The notes under the pieces are model-generated. The model was not told the origin of the DNA, did not search any database, and saw only the letters and a program-made list of their open reading frames with translations. DNA of 34,198 bases. It comes from Candidatus Parcubacteria bacterium (GTDB taxonomy: Bacteria; Patescibacteriota; Minisyncoccia; Phycocordibacterales; UBA5272). The position numbers and the translations under genes are program-made. This document shows positions 31,678 through 34,198 of this stretch, one piece after another; the stretch's first letter is position 1, and the number at the start of each line of letters is the position of its first letter. Location: the NCBI GenBank assembly GCA_039798825.1, contig JBDKFI010000002.1:1-34198 (forward strand), written 5' to 3'.

Positions 31678-32232
31678 ATGGCTATTGAAAAGTACACAAC
31701 AGAAGCACTTGTTATCGAACACTTCGATCAAGGTGAGCATGATAGGATGTACAAACTCTTTACGAGAGATTTTGGTTTGGTCATGGCACATGCCAAAAGT
31801 GTGCGCAAGCTCGAGAGTAAATTACGCGCACACATCTCTCCGCGATCGAAGTCACTCGTGACACTTGTTCAAGGTAAGGATGTTTGGCGTCTCGTTGGAG
31901 CAGAAGAACGTGGTCCTCGTCAGCCAGTGCTTCATGAAATAGCTCATCTCATTAAACGATTCATTCGAGGCGAGGGTGCACACACAACTCTGTATGATCG
32001 ACTTGCGTCATACCTTGAGGTTGAGCGTTCCTTTGATCCACAGAAAGCAAGGTTACTACTTTACTATGTGCTTCTTGTTGAGCTTGGATATGCCGATGCA
32101 AAAGCAATAGGGTCAAAAAGTATGAAAGAGTACGCTTCATGGAATATGGTTGATCTGTATACGCATCTTCTCCTTTCCTACGACGGCGTTAGATCGCATG
32201 TGCATGCAGTTTTGAAAGAAGCACAACTTTAG
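31678..32232 (+). CDS. recO: DNA repair protein RecO (short form)
   Basis: The N-terminal OB-fold pattern TEALVIEHFDQGEHDRMYKLFTRDFGLVMAHAKSVRK is typical of RecO. It is 184 aa and lacks a zinc-finger module. Confidence 0.75.
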   Translation: MAIEKYTTEALVIEHFDQGEHDRMYKLFTRDFGLVMAHAKSVRKLESKLRAHISPRSKSLVTLVQGKDVWRLVGAEERGPRQPVLHEIAHLIKRFIRGEGAHTTLYDRLASYLEVERSFDPQKARLLLYYVLLVELGYADAKAIGSKSMKEYASWNMVDLYTHLLLSYDGVRSHVHAVLKEAQL

Positions 32233-32258
32233 CAGGAAGGCGTTCGCAGTATCCCTGC

Positions 32259-32264
32259 TATACT
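32259..32264 (+). promoter_or_regulatory. -10 box TATACT, 6 nt upstream of ATG 32271
   Basis: ctgcTATACTacaggtATG. Confidence 0.5.
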
Positions 32265-32270
32265 ACAGGT

Positions 32271-34133
32271 ATGGATAAGGACAACGAAGAATTACACGCG
32301 ATCGACAATCTTGAGCAGAAACTCTATGATCCGAAGAGGAAGATAGACAACATGGCATTTCACCATGTGCGCGATCGTGCAGAAAAGCAACTCCCCACAT
32401 CGTGGGGTGAGACAACGTCCGTGATTACGCCCGTATCGGAGGAGCACGGTTTTTCGTTTGGTGCAAAAGTACTCATGGGAGCCTCCATCCTTCTTTTTCT
32501 TGTTCTTTGTTTTACCGCGTGGAGAGTTTTGTCACTTCGAAATGTTGTCTCAGAAAAAAATATAGACATGGTGCTCGACATAGCTCCCTACATAGAAGGT
32601 GGAGAATCAACACCACTTGTGGTGAGCCTTACGAACAGAAACCAAGTTGAACTTACCAATGCATCGCTTACACTCATGTACAAGCAGGGAACTGGTGCAC
32701 AAGACGAACAAGAGAAAGTGCAAGTGAGGCGTGAGCTTGGAACCGTAACATCAGGAGATCTTAAGCGTCAGGACTTCGATGTGGTGCTGTACGGAAGTGA
32801 AGCGGAGGCGAGAGATATTACCCTTAAGCTTGAATACAAAGTGCCGGGATCAAATGCTCTCTTTAGTAAAGTTGTCGTCTCGCAAGTGGTGCTCAAAAGT
32901 CCACCGCTTTCTATACGCATCGAGGGGCCAGATAGTCTTTCTGCGGGTCAGGTGGGCGCGTTTACGGTTGTTGTAAAAAACAATACAGGGACAACTACCA
33001 CGCCATCACTTGTGTCACTTGTTCTCCCTACCAATTTCACAATCAATGAGACAACACCAAAAGCAAGCACTCGTGGAAACCTTTGGCAGGTGGGCGTACT
33101 CGATGCCGGAGTTTCCTATACGATCAAAGTAGTAGGAACGCTATCTGGTTCAGGTGGTGAGGTAGCAACCATTCGCGCCATCATTGGTTCTGTGGGTGGT
33201 TCAGTGTCGGAAGTGGGAGTAGTCTACTCCTCGACACTTCTTGATGTGAAGCTTCGAAGTTCCCCACTTGAACTCTCAGCTGTTCTATCAACAGATAGAG
33301 GCCAGAGTGAAAATCTTCGTTATGGAGACAAGGCATATATTGCGGTTGGATATAAAAATACAAGCAGTGAACCGCTTCACGATGTTGCTCTAGTGCTTCG
33401 TATAGCAGGAGATGCAGCACTTATGAAACAAATAACTTCTCAAGAGGGATACTATAATTCTGCACTTGGTACGATCACATGGGACACAGCAAGTGTGCCC
33501 GCGCTTGCAAGTATGCCAGCTGGAAAAGAGGGCACCTTTTTTGTAACTATTCCGATCGTAACAAAAGGAACCAATGCTCCAAAACTTTCTGTTACAGTTG
33601 ATGCGAGCGCAACGCTTAAGGAAAAAGATGATGTGACATCATCTGTATCTAAGTCATTTGTAGTACAAGGAAGTGCAAGTGTCTCTGCTCGTACGCAGTA
33701 TAAAAATTCCTCATTTCAAAATACAGGCCCGATTCCACCGCAACCTAACGTAGATACAACGTATAGTATTCATGTGAGTGTTTCTGCACAAAACGCACTT
33801 GAAAATACCAAGGTTTCGTTTGTGTTGCCTGCGTATGTAACCTGGAGAAATATCGGAGATACATCAAAGATGTCATATGACACACGAACAAGAACCGTGA
33901 CGTGGAATGTCGGCGCGGTAGATGCTGGCAAGACTGTTGCGACAGATATCGGTGTGACGGTGCGGCCATCTCAAGTGCATGTTGGCATATCTCCACCAAT
34001 TACAGGCGGTATCGTTCTTGATGCGGATGAAGTAGATTCCAAAGCGCACATTAAAACAACTATTTCAGGCGCGACGACCTACATAGGGGGTGAGTCATGG
34101 ACAGTAGACCCATCTCTTGTGGTAGACCGGTAG
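32271..34133 (+). CDS. Membrane-anchored surface protein with about four CARDB/DUF11-like beta-sandwich repeats
   Basis: It has an N-terminal TM (ASILLFLVLCFTAW). The repeated pattern is: LVVSLTNRNQVELTNASL; AGQVGAFTVVVKNNTGTTTTPSLVSLVLP...LDAGVSYTIKV; YIAVGYKNTSSEPLHDVALVL; and YSIHVSVSAQNALENTKVSFVLP...VDAGKTVATDIGV. Confidence 0.7.
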   Translation: MDKDNEELHAIDNLEQKLYDPKRKIDNMAFHHVRDRAEKQLPTSWGETTSVITPVSEEHGFSFGAKVLMGASILLFLVLCFTAWRVLSLRNVVSEKNIDMVLDIAPYIEGGESTPLVVSLTNRNQVELTNASLTLMYKQGTGAQDEQEKVQVRRELGTVTSGDLKRQDFDVVLYGSEAEARDITLKLEYKVPGSNALFSKVVVSQVVLKSPPLSIRIEGPDSLSAGQVGAFTVVVKNNTGTTTTPSLVSLVLPTNFTINETTPKASTRGNLWQVGVLDAGVSYTIKVVGTLSGSGGEVATIRAIIGSVGGSVSEVGVVYSSTLLDVKLRSSPLELSAVLSTDRGQSENLRYGDKAYIAVGYKNTSSEPLHDVALVLRIAGDAALMKQITSQEGYYNSALGTITWDTASVPALASMPAGKEGTFFVTIPIVTKGTNAPKLSVTVDASATLKEKDDVTSSVSKSFVVQGSASVSARTQYKNSSFQNTGPIPPQPNVDTTYSIHVSVSAQNALENTKVSFVLPAYVTWRNIGDTSKMSYDTRTRTVTWNVGAVDAGKTVATDIGVTVRPSQVHVGISPPITGGIVLDADEVDSKAHIKTTISGATTYIGGESWTVDPSLVVDR

Positions 34134-34160
34134 TGAAGGTAATAGGGTATAGATAACAGT

Positions 34161-34195
34161 AGAGACGCCCCACACCGGAGGTGTGGGGCGTCTCT
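34161..34195 (+). terminator. Strong GC hairpin after the surface-protein gene
   Basis: AGAGACGCCCCACACCggagGTGTGGGGCGTCTCT. The window ends before any T-run can be seen. Confidence 0.65.
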
Positions 34196-34198
34196 GTG

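Noticed and set aside
1-34198. CRISPR arrays, rRNA genes, transposases or integrases, and prophage blocks
   Set aside because: No regularly spaced direct repeats with unique spacers were seen. No rRNA-like conserved stretches were seen, and no ORF has transposase, integrase or capsid-like motifs. The only mobile-type gene is the HNH endonuclease.
1-34198. Alternative genetic code (UGA recoding, as in some CPR lineages)
   Set aside because: Well-conserved genes end cleanly at TGA (NUDIX at 3721-3723, HxlR at 10283-10285, ORF 25490..26089). Full-length housekeeping proteins are obtained with the standard code.

Overview
Gene-dense, mostly housekeeping chromosomal segment of a small-genome bacterium using the standard code (TGA is used as a stop). 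By inference only, gene content and style suggest a Candidate-Phyla-Radiation/Parcubacteria-like organism. No searches or folding programs were run; all calls come from reading the translations and the DNA.

Content, left to right:
- partial Mur ligase, ruvA, rpsT
- tRNA-Arg(GCG), a free-standing HNH endonuclease, tRNA-Ser
- NUDIX hydrolase, ruvX, a CsaA-like tRNA-binding protein, a DedA/YqaA membrane protein
- a GC-rich non-coding block of about 300 nt, then tRNA-Arg(UCU) and tRNA-Val
- RluA-type pseudouridine synthase, rplS, an SDR, a low-GC methyltransferase
- tRNA-His, tRNA-Leu
- PAP2, HxlR, FMN reductase, a His-motif membrane protein
- NADAR, a short RhuM-like protein, an FAD oxidase
- envelope proteins, then secE-nusG-rplK
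- a complete thymidylate cluster (dcd, folA, thyA, glyA, tmk, dut) plus a GC-rich orphan ORF
- argS, a T-box leader with ileS, recO, and a large CARDB/DUF11-repeat surface protein

Most interesting observations:
1. IleRS carries an in-frame insertion of about 204 aa with a catalytically intact-looking histidine-phosphatase (PGAM-superfamily) domain.
2. tRNA-Arg(GCG) and tRNA-His are each followed by a convergent inverted copy of their own T-loop/3' acceptor end. Each copy is interrupted by a small hairpin at the same structural position.
3. A GC-rich, hairpin-dense block of about 300 nt lies next to tRNA-Arg(UCU) and looks like an unassigned structured RNA.
4. A GC-rich kinase-like ORF with a degenerate P-loop sits at the end of the dTTP cluster.
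5. TATACT-type -10 boxes lie 6-7 nt before many start codons, implying leaderless mRNAs.
6. Tandem AGACAGT-type heptamers and multi-frame stop clusters occur in intergenic DNA.

Several six-frame ORF starts were moved downstream where the extension overlaps a tRNA, a terminator or the T-box.
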